Origin: Eledone cirrhosa
Taxonomy: Eukaryota
Length of the DNA: 64,000 nucleotides
NCBI GenBank assembly: GCA_964016885.1
Contig: OZ024740.1
Coordinates: 89,218,001-89,282,000 of the forward strand
Reading direction: 5' to 3'
Shown: in pieces, positions 14,001 to 27,068 of the stretch
How the letters are laid out: every line of letters begins with the position of its first letter
Position numbering within the stretch: the first letter of the stretch is position 1
Translations under genes and position numbers: made by a program
The notes under the pieces: model-generated
Told to the model about the DNA's origin: nothing
The model's input: only the letters and a program-made list of their open reading frames with translations
Databases searched by the model: none

Positions 14001-14561
14001 GTAAACGTAAAGAAATGTTAGTAGAGAACCCCATAGGCTTGACTATGTAATCCCGCCTTGTTGTTGATAAGTAGTTAAGGGAGCTCATGTTAATACTCAA
14101 GAACTAGAGATAATGAATACGAAGGGAATCGAGCAAATTGACATCTCTATTTGGCAGGAAATTCTGCCTAACACAACATCCCAATCACTGACTAACTCTT
14201 CCAGACACAGAGATATGGCTAGAATATATGAACGCAATAGAACAAATGCACTTTAAGTATTATGCTAAACTTATATACTGAAAGTCTCTGATAAAATGCA
14301 TCGAATGTGTTAGACATAATAGAGGTGTTAACATGAAAATAGTGGTACTCGTAAAACTTACAAAGATCACGTTCTGCAGGTTCAATTCCAAAGAAGTGCA
14401 TACAAACATCAAACATCACATGCAGTTCTCCAGATAAAACCAAAGATACAGGGCAAACGGATACAAAGGAACAAGGATAATATTGTTATCTATAAAGGAG
14501 AACGATGCGAATACTGTATACCGAATGTAAAAGAGCAAATCTTGCAGAAGAATACAGAATA

Positions 14562-14652
14562 AACTTTGCCTTTCATCCTTACGGGGTCGATAAAATAACG
14601 TACCAGTAATATACTGGGTAATTGCTGACATTGTGCCAATAGTAGAAACAAT
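14562..14652 (+). mobile_element. SINE 3' part (same family as 42876-43065)
   Basis: AACTTTGCCTTTCATCCTTACGGGGTCGATAAAATAACGTACCAGT...TTGTGCCAATAGTAGAAAC is shared with 42967-43058. Confidence 0.75.
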
Positions 14653-14799
14653 TATAAATTTAGTATGGTCTGGAACAAATCAAATCTAAAGACTAAGGAA
14701 GTAGAAACAAACAGGAATTTCCATATCATCCCAGTTCGGCAGCATATGTATAATATGTATATAATACTCAAAAACATACATGCATATTCATGTATTTGT

Positions 14800-15470
14800 C
14801 TGTTTGTGTGTATTGGCTTGATGTCTGTTTCCCCAACCACTCTACTCGACACCTCACTCTCCCAGGCCTCATTTTACCATGAATCCACAGCCACTGGCAA
14901 CAGGACCCAGCAGAAATTAATGTTTCACACGGGAATTACTTTTCCGACTGGACTCAAACCCCCACCATATTATAAATAATCCCTATTATCCATGCTTTCA
15001 AACAGAAATGCACGCTCGTACACACACGAGTGACACACATGCCAGAGCTCGAACATAAGTGTGTATGTGCGTTTGTCTCTTTTCTACACGCACACGTGAT
15101 CCTCTGATGCCCAATGCCGAGGCTGTGGATCAATTGGTGTTGAATGTTTCCAACGTTCACCCCGCCCACATGACCTCCACGCAAATAGAGACTTCAAACT
15201 ACGGTGTTCATCTGTTTGCGGCTGTACCATTATATCTTCGTACTCGAAATTAAGCGCCTCTTTTACGACCATATCACGAAATGAAAGATAAAGTACAACG
15301 ATCATATTCAGCACTACCTCTTTTTCTATACCAACACTTACAACTTTACATATGTATATATATACACTCATTCATACTTCGTTCTCTCCAAGCAGCACGT
15401 CTCGTCACGGTCCAACGCCTATTATTTAATTCCTTGCATAATGAACGTAAGAAACGTACACATACACAGA
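14800..15470 (+). mobile_element. Possible highly decayed PLE GIY-YIG region
   Basis: Fragments such as EIKRLFYDHITK resemble the PLE ETKRRLxDRFxEH motif; weak. Confidence 0.3.
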
Positions 15471-15531
15471 TGCATACATACATGCATGTATACACGCACA
15501 CTCTTTCTCTCTGTACCTAACACACACACAT

Positions 15532-15639
<108 letters not shown>

Positions 15640-15640
15640 A

Positions 15641-15771
15641 TTAAAATAACAGATTAAAGTTTAAGCAAAGAATCGTTGCTTTCACTCTGAACGGCATCTT
15701 CTGACTTTCAGAAGATCCCGTTAAGGGTGAAAGCATCGATTCTTTGCTTAAACTTTAATCTGTTATTTTAA
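15641..15771. repeat. Fold-back inverted repeat of a PLE-type terminal repeat (other copies 19278-19345 +, 52166-52223 -)
   Basis: ~64-bp arms around a 3-nt loop at 15705-15707; contains CAGAAGA-T CCC GTTAA GGG T-GAAAGC. Confidence 0.9.
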
Positions 15772-16066
15772 TAAATATTTGCTCTACGATTCTTATATAT
15801 TTGATATATATTTATCCTTATCGAGCCCTCTTTGGATTTTAGACTTCACATTTATTATTATTACTATATATATATATATATATATGTATAGATAGATAGA
15901 TAGATAGCAGAGAAATGCCTTCTGACGCTAATCTCCTTCTCAATGAAAAACCCACCTGGATTATCTGTTGGTTTGGGATTTGAAACCGCGGTAAAGGCAC
16001 ATATAGTAAGTACAGTGAATCTTTTAAGGTTTATTCAAAACATTTTTCTTTATTTGCTTTCCCTTG

Positions 16067-16231
<165 letters not shown>

Positions 16232-16307
16232 CTAAGGAAATGTGGTAAGGAACCAGGTGGACCATAACGCACCAAAGTACTCAATACTTGAGGTAGTAGA
16301 GTGGGTA

Positions 16308-16423
16308 ATAGGAACCAGTAAGACCCCGACAGCTGAGCTCAAGCCGTTTCGACGGCTAATTCTGTCCAGAATTAGCCGTCGAAACGGCTTGAGCTCAGCT
16401 GTCGGGGTCTTACTGGTTCCTAT
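16308..16423. repeat. Perfect fold-back palindrome containing a hammerhead 3' half
   Basis: ~57-bp arms. Right arm reads GAAACGGCT TGAGCTC AGCTGTC (stem III plus GUC) and abuts (TA)n. Confidence 0.9.
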
Positions 16424-18809
16424 ATATATATATATATATATACGTATATATATATATATATATGAGTGTGTGTCTATGTATATTCATATTACATATTTTA
16501 GGAAGTGGGCTATAATTGGAGGAGACCTAGCTGTTTTGTGAAATCATGCACACTATGTAACTTTCCCAATAGATAGAGATGGTGGCAGTAGGGGAAAATA
16601 CCAAAGTGGACCACGTCAATGCGTGCTAGTTGTCGATCTGCAGTTACAATGGTAACTGTTGCTATTCATTTAGGTTTTTCAATGAGTGCGTGTTTCACTA
16701 TGTTTTGCAAGAACTGTATATGCATGTAAACGTATTTTATAATGTATATTTGAATTACAAATATAATTTTGAGTGTACTTATTGTATGAATAATGTATTT
16801 TTATCAATGCTCATTCAAATTTACACATTTCAAGCAAATGCATGTATATTGATTATATTTAAAACCATGAAGAATGTGCGATACTTGTCTCAATACAAAT
16901 ATATCTAATGTCAAGTTTAGTGATGCCCAATTCTTCTTTTATACTTTAGATGATATATGTCAGTTCTTCCTTATTTTTATACAATATGTGTAAAGCTTCT
17001 ATGTTTCATTTCATTAAACGCAGTGCACATCTGTACTTTGTACGTGAGATCACATACACACCGTTTCGATGAGTAACCTCTCTTGATATAAGGCCGATAA
17101 TAAAACAAATTTAGCACAGGCTTTTTAATTTTGGTTATACCTTGTAAGAATTACACCTTCATAATTTTTAGAGCTTTTTAAAATAACAAATGTACTCTAT
17201 TATAAGCATCCATGCAGTTGCATGTTTCTTTGCAGAGATAATCTGTTTGCTGAAGTGATAACAAGGATTCACGTTATTCATTATGCCTAATTTATTATTT
17301 TGGTGGAAGCGATTGGGCCATTTAACTAATGTTCATGTAAGAGCCACTTTGTATAGAGCAGCGATGCTATATGTTATCAGTACAGGAAATGCGATAATGA
17401 ACAATCTTTTTTAAGATGCATAACGTTCGAAAATCTTCAAACGCTCGAATATACTAACTTAATTGTTCTTGCCAGATATGTAATTATTCGTTAAATGATA
17501 CGTTTCTGCTGTCCAGTGAGGAATCATTACAGTGTTGCACAATATGCAATGTGGTATTTGTTCATACATTTATATTCTATGTTTAAAATCTACTCGGTAA
17601 TATATTGGTGCACACAGAGTAGTTTTCGAGCTGAAGATTTAATAGCTGCCCAATTGTGTTTCTTTGAAAAATGAGCTGAGAGGTTCCAAAATTCGTCAAC
17701 TGATTTGTAGGAGTACTGCTATTTGTTCTGCTAGTGGTATCAGTATCACTATGAAATGCAATCTTAATTTATATAGTCGTGATGTATTGCTGGTAATCGA
17801 CTGTGCCTTGAATATGACAATCTCCCTTTGATTTAATCAAACATCAGTCCCTTGACTAGTAGACATGTTATGCTAGGAATTAAAGCTTGCATTCCAGAGA
17901 CACACAATGCTCTGTCGGAAGTAATAGGTTTAGGCGCATATGCGCAACCCTTTAGAAGATCAGATCATTTGAGGCCGGGATATCTAGCAGACGTGCCAAC
18001 CTCTTAAAACCAAAATGGGGAGTACCATGAAAGATAGTGCCCTAAAACGGGGAGAGAGGAGGTAGAAGGTTCTGAAGTGTTATATGCAGAAGTTTAAAAC
18101 AGAATTCCTTTGTAATGAATGTTTTCAAATATTTATTTATGTCCCTTTGACCAAATAAGTGTGAAATGAGAATCTGTTTATATTCGAAGCTACTCCCATG
18201 ATAAGATGACACCTACATTAGTAAAACGAAATGACATTCGCATGAAAAATAAAGAAGCTAAAACAGCTGTTACATTAGCTGAAATGCTGAATGTTATAAA
18301 TGTTTTTCTAATGTGTAATATAATTTGAATGAAGGTAATCTATTTTAGATCTTTTTAAATATTAATGAATAAAGTTATCTTATAACAACTTCTGTGCTGA
18401 TTCACACTGTGTATGAGATAAACATTATTTCAGTTATTACTTTCGAAAAACCATCCATCAGTTATTTTCAATATCGTATACCTAAACAAAATAACTTATA
18501 TACGTTATTCGTTAATAAATGTAAAGGCATAATATTAGTGCAATCCCCAGGTCTATCTTCATTATAAACATTTGACTATCGGTATATAGATAAGCTTGAA
18601 AATGTTACATATTTCTAAACTATTTAAAAGTATTAGTCATATAATATTTGTTTGCAAAGCGAACATTAAATAATTGGACAGAAGAAAGTTGTACCTAGCT
18701 GAAAAAATATATCGAATGTCGTTTCTGGTCATTTGGGCAGCGGTTTCAATATATATACACGGGAAATGACACATTTTCGGCATTCATATATTTTAAAATA
18801 TAGTAAAAG

Positions 18810-18860
18810 TGAAATTCTTCATACAAATTATTTCCTCTCAGTTTTCAGATGTTGTCTATA

Positions 18861-18928
<68 letters not shown>

Positions 18929-19095
18929 ATATTTATAGTTGAAGTTGTTTATGATAGGATAGTGAGTAATTGGAGTTATATGCACAGTTGGGCATTTTAG
19001 TTGGTGTTGTATTTTGAGAGTTTATTAGAGGGTCTATATTATTTATATATTTTAATTGTATAAGGTAAGAGATCAAACAGGGTTTATTGACTGTA

Positions 19096-19100
<5 letters not shown>
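18810..19100 (-). repeat. Dispersed repeat fragment (homologous to 21380-21435 and 23540-23700)
   Basis: 18935-19095 is the reverse complement of 23542-23700. 18815-18866 is the reverse complement of 21381-21433. Confidence 0.8.
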
Positions 19101-19129
<29 letters not shown>

Positions 19130-19452
19130 GTAATAATAATACATTTGAAGACTAAAATCCAAAGATCTTTTCCCGTTCTTTGCCACGAACCAAAGAAAGT
19201 ATCGTCTTCCTGTCTTCCTCTGGTTGCAACGTTTTTTGAAATATTCACTTCTGCGTCCACAGATTGACTTTGTTAGTTTCAGAAGGTCCCGTTAAGGGTG
19301 AAAGCAGCGATTCTTTGCTTAAACTTTAATCTGTTATTTTAATAAATTAAAAAAAAAATATATATATAAGCTTTCACCGTATTTTCGACTAAAGAAATTT
19401 CTAGCCTGATAGTGGGTTTATAACAATCGGAGAAATGGAAAAAGATGAGTGT

Positions 19453-19523
19453 TGCCGTACATGGGAGTCGAACCCACATTTTTGGTTATCCAGACCACTG
19501 TGCTACCATTACACCAATACACA
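19453..19523 (-). ncRNA. tRNA-like cloverleaf (not a canonical tRNA gene)
   Basis: A-box TGGTGTAATGG, D stem GTGT/GCAC, arm TGGT-CTGGATA-ACCA, T arm GTGGG-TTCGACT-CCCAT, imperfect acceptor stem, TTTTT downstream. Confidence 0.75.
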
Positions 19524-19813
19524 TCCCATCTCCTTGCATTCGAATTGGAAGCTATGAACTTAGCAAGTGAATGATAAACAAGCAAATTATAAACGTAAAC
19601 ATGTAAGTATGTTTTTGAAACGGTGCACGAGTTTGAAATTAGAAATTAGAAATTATAAGCTTTCACCGTATTTTATTTAAGCTATCAGTGTTACCAGGTG
19701 TAACTCTGACAGAAATGTTCATTCATAATGAAGAATGTAATCTACAAGAATTTGCTTGTTTATCATTCACTTGCTAAGTTCATAGCTTGTAATTCGAATG
19801 GAAGGAGATGGGA

Positions 19814-19883
19814 TGTGTATTGGTGTAATGGTAGCACAGTGGTCTGGATAACCAAATATGTGGTTCGACTCCCATGTACGGCA
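19814..19883 (+). ncRNA. tRNA-like cloverleaf, tandem copy 1
   Basis: Same structure; 1-nt deletion at the T stem. Confidence 0.7.
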
Positions 19884-20102
19884 ACAATCATCTTTTTCCA
19901 TTTCTCCGAGGGTTATAAACCCCACTATCATCCTAGAAATGTATTTAGTCTAAAATACGGTGAAACCTCATCATTTCTAATTTCTAATTTCAAACTCGCG
20001 CATCGTTTCAAAAACATACTTACATGTTTACGTTTATAATTTGCTTGTTTATCATTCACTTGCTAAGTTCATAGCTTCTAATTCGAATGGAAGGAGATGG
20101 GA

Positions 20103-20173
20103 TGTGTATTGGTGTAATGGTAGCACAGTGGTCTGAATAACCAAAGATTTGGGTTCGACTCCCATGTTCGGCA
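20103..20173 (+). ncRNA. tRNA-like cloverleaf, tandem copy 2
   Basis: Same structure; loop CTGAATA; intact B-box GGTTCGACTCC. Confidence 0.75.
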
Positions 20174-20338
20174 ACACTCATCTTTTTCCATTTCTCCGAG
20201 GGTTATAAACCCCACTATCAGGCTAGACATTTCTTTAGTCTAAAATACGGTGAAAGCTTATAATTTCTAATTTCTAATTTCAAACTCGCGCACCGTTTCA
20301 AAAACATACTTACATGTTTACGTTTATAATTTGCTTGT

Positions 20339-20384
<46 letters not shown>

Positions 20385-21250
20385 CACCACACACATATTG
20401 GGTCGGCAATGAACTAGGAATATTGGATCCTCCGTCAATGTCTGGGTGAGCAAAAATAGATTTCTATCTGCATTGAAATTTACGAACTTGTGCATCTGCT
20501 GTGGTGTCAAACACAAACGCACACGACCGCACAGATGAGCAATGGACTATGCCACGTGGTTTGAACTTGCAAGTGAATTGAAGGATGTGTAACTCTGATA
20601 TACAGATTATTTATTATTAAGATGTATAAACTTGACATAACTACTATCATCTTATATTCTCTCAACTAATCACATTTGATTATATTTCTCTATCCCGTTT
20701 TCTCTCCCCCATATTAATAATATTTTTATTTGACAAAATCGGTTTTTTTACATTGTATTTTTCCATTTCTAATACTTGCTTATATTTTTTTTATATATTC
20801 TCTATATATTTTTATATATATTTTTTATCTTTATTCTTATTTTCACTTTTATCCTCCTATATATTTTAACTTATTCTTACTTTTATACCTTATTATAGTG
20901 TAATCTTCCCCATGTCTTATTATACATTATTAATTATAGATTATTATTATTACTCTTATTCCATTTCTAATTACCTCATGTACTTTCTCCTCCGTTATAT
21001 ATATATTGTATGTCCTTTGTGTGTGTGTAGCCTCTGCACCCTACTATCGACGCCACCCCATCTATGGCTCCACTAAGCACTCGACTCCCGGGAATGAATA
21101 TGACCACAGCTAGTAAACAAGGACCCACACCCCACCCTCCCGCTCCAAAATTAGACTTATCGTCCCCTGCTTTTGCTCTTTACTCTCTTTACTCTTTTTT
21201 CTTGAATGTTTGGTTGCTAGAGTCCATAACACCAATCAAACCCCGTTTAT

Positions 21251-21297
21251 AGCTCTGAAGAATCCTACGGTTACGTAAGGAAGAAACATTGTAACCC
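21251..21297 (+). ncRNA. Type I hammerhead motif in a PLE-type terminal repeat
   Basis: CTGAAGA-ATCCTACG GTTA CGTAAGGAA-GAAAC ATT GTA followed by AATAAA; stem I imperfect. Confidence 0.65.
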
Positions 21298-21337
21298 AAT
21301 AAAATTATGTTGATGTTGTAGATGCTCTTGTGTTCTT

Positions 21338-21380
<43 letters not shown>

Positions 21381-21432
21381 TATTGACTATAGACAAGATC
21401 TGAAAACTGAGGGGAAAAATTTGTAAATTTTG

Positions 21433-21515
<83 letters not shown>

Positions 21516-22734
21516 CTTTCGTGTGACTGTCTATATATATGACAGAGACAAAAACACACATATATGTATGTGAATAAATGAATCTAAGGGATTCAAATTG
21601 TTTTGGTATAAAATATACAATTCAAAATAGCTATATTCAATTCACAATCGAATGAATAAATATATTATAGCCTAAAGTGAAAAATATGGAACAGAAAAGA
21701 ACATTGTTATATTAAAAACAGAGGTCAATAAAAAGCAAATCTAAATACGAAGTGCTAAGTACTACATATAGAAAGCAAACAACAACAGCGTGTGCCAGTG
21801 TGTGTCTATACGACCCTTTATGAAAATATTATTGCAATAAATAAAAAAAATAAATAAGCAAAATGAATAAGCAAAATATATAATGAGAGAAAGAAAATAA
21901 AATATTTCATTCATATCGATATTCTGATAACAGAGTATTGCTGCAAAATGTCCAGCAGAAATATATTTCGTTGGGTATACAATCGCAGATACAAACACAC
22001 GTACACACGTATCTGAATGTATGTTTCTTGAAAACTGATCATGAGCCAATAAATTATTCATGATCTAAATAATTGAGCTAGACATCTACCGGGGAGAACT
22101 GTTGCAAATTTAACACTCAAAGCATTGCGATCCTATCTATTGATGCCTCTTCATTCAAAGTGTTTAAATATCTGTGGAATCTAAAGCATTGAAACAAATT
22201 AGGTAGGGAAAAACATCCACCTGGAAACAGGTTAATCTGTAAAATCATTCAAATAATAGTTTATTGTATTGTAAAAGTAGGGAATAATACTGTCAAATAT
22301 TTATGAATATATACATGTAACAATATGTACCAATATTTATAGGTATAAATCATTCTTTTTTTCCTTTTTAACATATGAGATGATATTCTGGAATGGTATT
22401 GGTTAAGTTTATTTATCTATGTGGGAATGACGGACTTTAACAAATGGTAAACAACATAACCAAAACAACTAAATTTCATTCTCTTAGGTGGAAATGTGTT
22501 AGGGTTTACGGCAGTGTGCTTATGCACATCATGAATGACTAACCTAGAATGGTGCGACGCTGATGCGTCCTGTTACTTCCTAAAATTAAAAAAAATATTT
22601 TGTGGTTTGATGTGAGAAATGTATATATATATATAGAGAGAGAGAGATATATGTATGTATGTAAATAACAACACAATCGGTACAGTATATGGAAGGGATA
22701 TATTAGGTAAACGCTTGATAAAGCAGGTGGCGGG

Positions 22735-22770
22735 TCTCAACGTTTCGGACGCTAATCCTTCTTCAGAAGA
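22735..22770 (-). ncRNA. Minimal type I hammerhead motif
   Basis: Minus strand TCTT-CTGAAGA-AGGA TTAGCG TCC-GAAACGTT-GAGA with palindromic minimal stem III, the classic PLE form. Confidence 0.8.
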
Positions 22771-23145
22771 AAGATTGAGAAATAAGATAGATTGAGGGGT
22801 CTGACAGATTGGAATTGGAAAACATGACTTTAGATAAAAATAACAGGTCTATTCATGTTGACATCTCTTGCAAAACTGTTGGTGCTGGCGTTTTGTGTAT
22901 GATTTATTTTTTAGAAAAGTGGATGATGGAGCGCGTCTACCTGAAATGGAAAGAAAACCGTTTTGTAAAAAGAGCCATACATGTGCACGTGCGTAAGCAT
23001 GTGTGTGTGTGTTATTATACGTCCGGACGAAGCTAAGAATAAATGGTGTACATATGTAAGTAAATGAGTGTGTGTGCATGTAAGTAGGAAGCTATGAGCA
23101 AACTTATGTTAATATAAGGGTGTGTATGTGTGTATAGAGACCACT

Positions 23146-23412
23146 GAATCCCTAAACTTAGCAACGCAAACTCACTATATACATACATACACTCATTAAA
23201 ATCAAGTAACATACCATACACCTTAAAATGGGAAGTGATAGCTAAGACCCCTTCATATAAACCACCTAACACATTTTGTAACCTATGCATTCTTGAGTCT
23301 AAAAATATTATTCACTCTAACCTTAGTCTACTAAATAGGAAATCAGAGATCTTCTACACGTGTCCCCATTACCATAGATTCTCGTTCCACTACTTCAAAC
23401 CTAGTAAGTAAT
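23146..23412 (+). mobile_element. PLE (Naiad-like) GIY-YIG C-terminal fragment
   Basis: Reads ...YTYIHSLKSSNIPYTLKWEVIAKTPSYKPPNTFCNLCILESKNII..LLNRKSEIFYTCPH, with KWEI/CNLC/LNxRSE/CxH motifs. Confidence 0.8.
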
Positions 23413-23717
23413 AATAATAATAATACAAATAAAAACAAAGACCAATGTCGGAGATAACACCAGACCACCACCTTTTAATTTATCCAACTAGACCTTCACG
23501 AATATAGGACTACACCTTAATTAAAAGACCACACTGACCTACATACAGTCAATAAACCCTGTCAATAACACTTATACAATTAAAAGATATAAATAATATA
23601 GACACTCTGTTAAACTATCAAAATACAACACCAACTAAAAAGCAAAACTGTGCATATAACTCCAATTACTAACTATCATATCATAAAAAACTTCAACTAT
23701 CTCTACACAATCTGTAT

Positions 23718-24790
<1,073 letters not shown>

Positions 24791-24883
24791 GTATGTATAT
24801 ATATGTGAAAATGTATATACATAAGTAAATATATATATATGTTTGATGCGTATAGTTAGATGTATGTGTATTCATGTATTAAA

Positions 24884-24929
<46 letters not shown>

Positions 24930-25467
24930 TAGACAGGAGTATGTATGTATATATGTGTGTGCCTATACGTGTGTATATGAAGGTAAGTTGAGTATGAAAA
25001 TGTATATACATGAATGCGTGTGTATGTACATATATGTATATATATATGTATATATATATAATTGCAGGTATATATGTATGTATGTATGAGCATGTAAGTA
25101 CGTGTATGTGAGTGTATGTATTTTGTAGAGGTGTGCATTTATGTTTCTGTGTGAATGTGTGGGCGAACGGATACGTACACTTGAATGAACAATTTAAGTC
25201 TGTATGTTAATTAAGTGCAAACACAAAACCAACCATGCATATCTTTACTATCTCTAATCCTTCTATAGGTTTAGAAAAGTAACCAACGCCAAATAATGTA
25301 TTCTATAAAAATGTCAAAACAACAGATGGGAATCTAATTACTCACTGCTACCATAAATTCTCACTGCTATCAAACAAATCTCCATCCACTCCCTTAACTA
25401 TTCTTCTAACAACTTCACCCCTCCCTCTTAATATTCTCTATAAAAACCAAACAGGTTCTCAATAAAA

Positions 25468-25588
25468 TTATTCTGATGAAACGACAGTTGATAATAACAT
25501 TGAAATATTGAATGTCTGCATAATTAATACTTTGTAGATAGCAGCTGTTTTCAGGTTATGTAACTGTTATTGAAACACGTGTCAATAA
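25468..25588 (+). ncRNA. Intact type I hammerhead motif with long stem II insertion
   Basis: TTATT-CTGATGA-AACGACAGTT...AACTGTTATT-GAAAC ACGT GTC-AATAA. Lies about 250 bp downstream of a KCKHK motif resembling a Naiad ORF end. Confidence 0.8.
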
Positions 25589-25625
25589 ATTCCTATTAAC
25601 TGAACTGTATCCATTTAAATCCTTC

Positions 25626-25700
<75 letters not shown>

Positions 25701-25702
<2 letters not shown>

Positions 25703-26991
25703 GAAAAATGTAAAATACGAAAATTATAGTAATTAGCTTACTTACTTATATTCCTCTCCAAATAATTAGTTTCTGAAAGGGAATATACATAGTCTCCAAA
25801 TGGAGACCATGGAGAAAAATGTTCGTCATCAGAGAGTTATTCTCAGCTAAGATACCTGGCGATGCGCGGACACAGGGAACTTATACAAAAATATTCAGTG
25901 GATGGAAAGTAGCAAGCGGGGCTAAATTCCAAGACACTGTAAAAATTACTGCATTCTTGTTCGGTGGCAAATTCAAAAGAATCAATCACGTGACATCGAG
26001 GTTAATCAGTGAGGAGTGGGTGTTAAAAAGACAGTAGCCAGGCTGTTACTATGAACTATAGTAGTAATTTTGTCAAATTTTTGCTCAACAAAATAATTTG
26101 GAGATAATTATAAAGAATTAGTATATCTACCAACATATATATATATACAGATGTATACCTATGCAAGCAAATATATAGGTTTTGTCTTAGTAACCTTGTG
26201 GTTCAATGCAAGGGGATGCAGGACAATTATATGAAAAACGTAAAATAAGAAAATTAAAGTAATTAGCTTACTTACTTAAATTTCACTCCAACCAATTCGC
26301 TTCTGAAAGGGAATATACATAGTCTCCAAATGGAGATGATGGAGAAACCTTTTCGTCATTAGAGAGTCATTCTCAGCTAAGATACCTGGCGATACGGGGA
26401 CACAGTGAACTTATACAAACATATTCAGTGGATGGAAAAGTATATGTTGGTAGATATACTAATTCTTTATAATTACCTCCAAATTATTTTGTTGAGCAAA
26501 ATTTTGCCAAAATTACTACTATAGTTCATAGTAACAGCTTGGCTACTGTCTTTTTAACACCCCACTCCTCACTGATTAACCTCGATGTCACGTGATTGAT
26601 TCCCTTGAATTTGCCACCGAACAAGAAGGCAGTGGTTTTTTCAGTGTCTTTGAATTTAGTTCTCGCTTGCACTTTTCCATCCACTGAATATTTTTGTATA
26701 TGGTCCCTGTGTCCGCCTATCGCCAAGTATCTTAGCTGAGAATGACTCCCTTATGACGAAAAGGTTTCTCCATGATCTCCATTTGGAGACTATGTATATT
26801 CCCTTTCAGAAACTAATTGGTTGGAGTGAAATTTAAGTGAGTAAGCTAATTACTATAATTTTCTTATTTTACGATTTTCATATAATTGTTCTGCATCCCC
26901 TTGCATTGAACCACAAAGTTACTAAGACAAAACCTATATATTTGCTTGCATAGGCATACATCTGCATATATATGTTGGTAAATATACTAAT

Positions 26992-26992
<1 letters not shown>
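25701..26992. mobile_element. 530-bp hammerhead-containing unit: 1.4 tandem copies plus an inverted permuted copy (retrozyme-like / non-autonomous PLE)
   Basis: Unit starts at 25701 and 26231. Inverted copy 26441-26992 has 24-bp terminal redundancy. Hammerheads at 25756-25836 (-), ~26285-26366 (-) and 26745-26827 (+). (TA)n on both flanks. Confidence 0.85.

Positions 26993-27066
<74 letters not shown>

Positions 27067-27068
<2 letters not shown>

Larger units (their letters stand above)
19365..20342. mobile_element. 289-bp tRNA-like unit: one inverted permuted copy (19365-19675) plus just over two tandem copies (19749-20342)
   Basis: Unit starts at 19749, 20038 and 20328. The inverted copy has 21-bp terminal redundancy TATAAGCTTTCACCGTATTTT. 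(TA)n on both outer ends. Confidence 0.9.

Noticed and set aside
17988-18745. Possible hAT-like element starting CAGACGTGCCAACC
   Set aside because: No convincing matching right TIR or 8-bp TSD.
19453-20173. Three tRNA genes (Ser/Phe anticodons)
   Set aside because: Acceptor stem is mispaired at the terminal positions, the anticodon differs among copies, base 37 is a pyrimidine, and all are embedded in a repeated unit. Treated as tRNA-like only.
20245-20265. GAAAGCTTA as the 3' half of a hammerhead in the tRNA-like unit
   Set aside because: No CUGANGA with a matching stem I was found on that strand.
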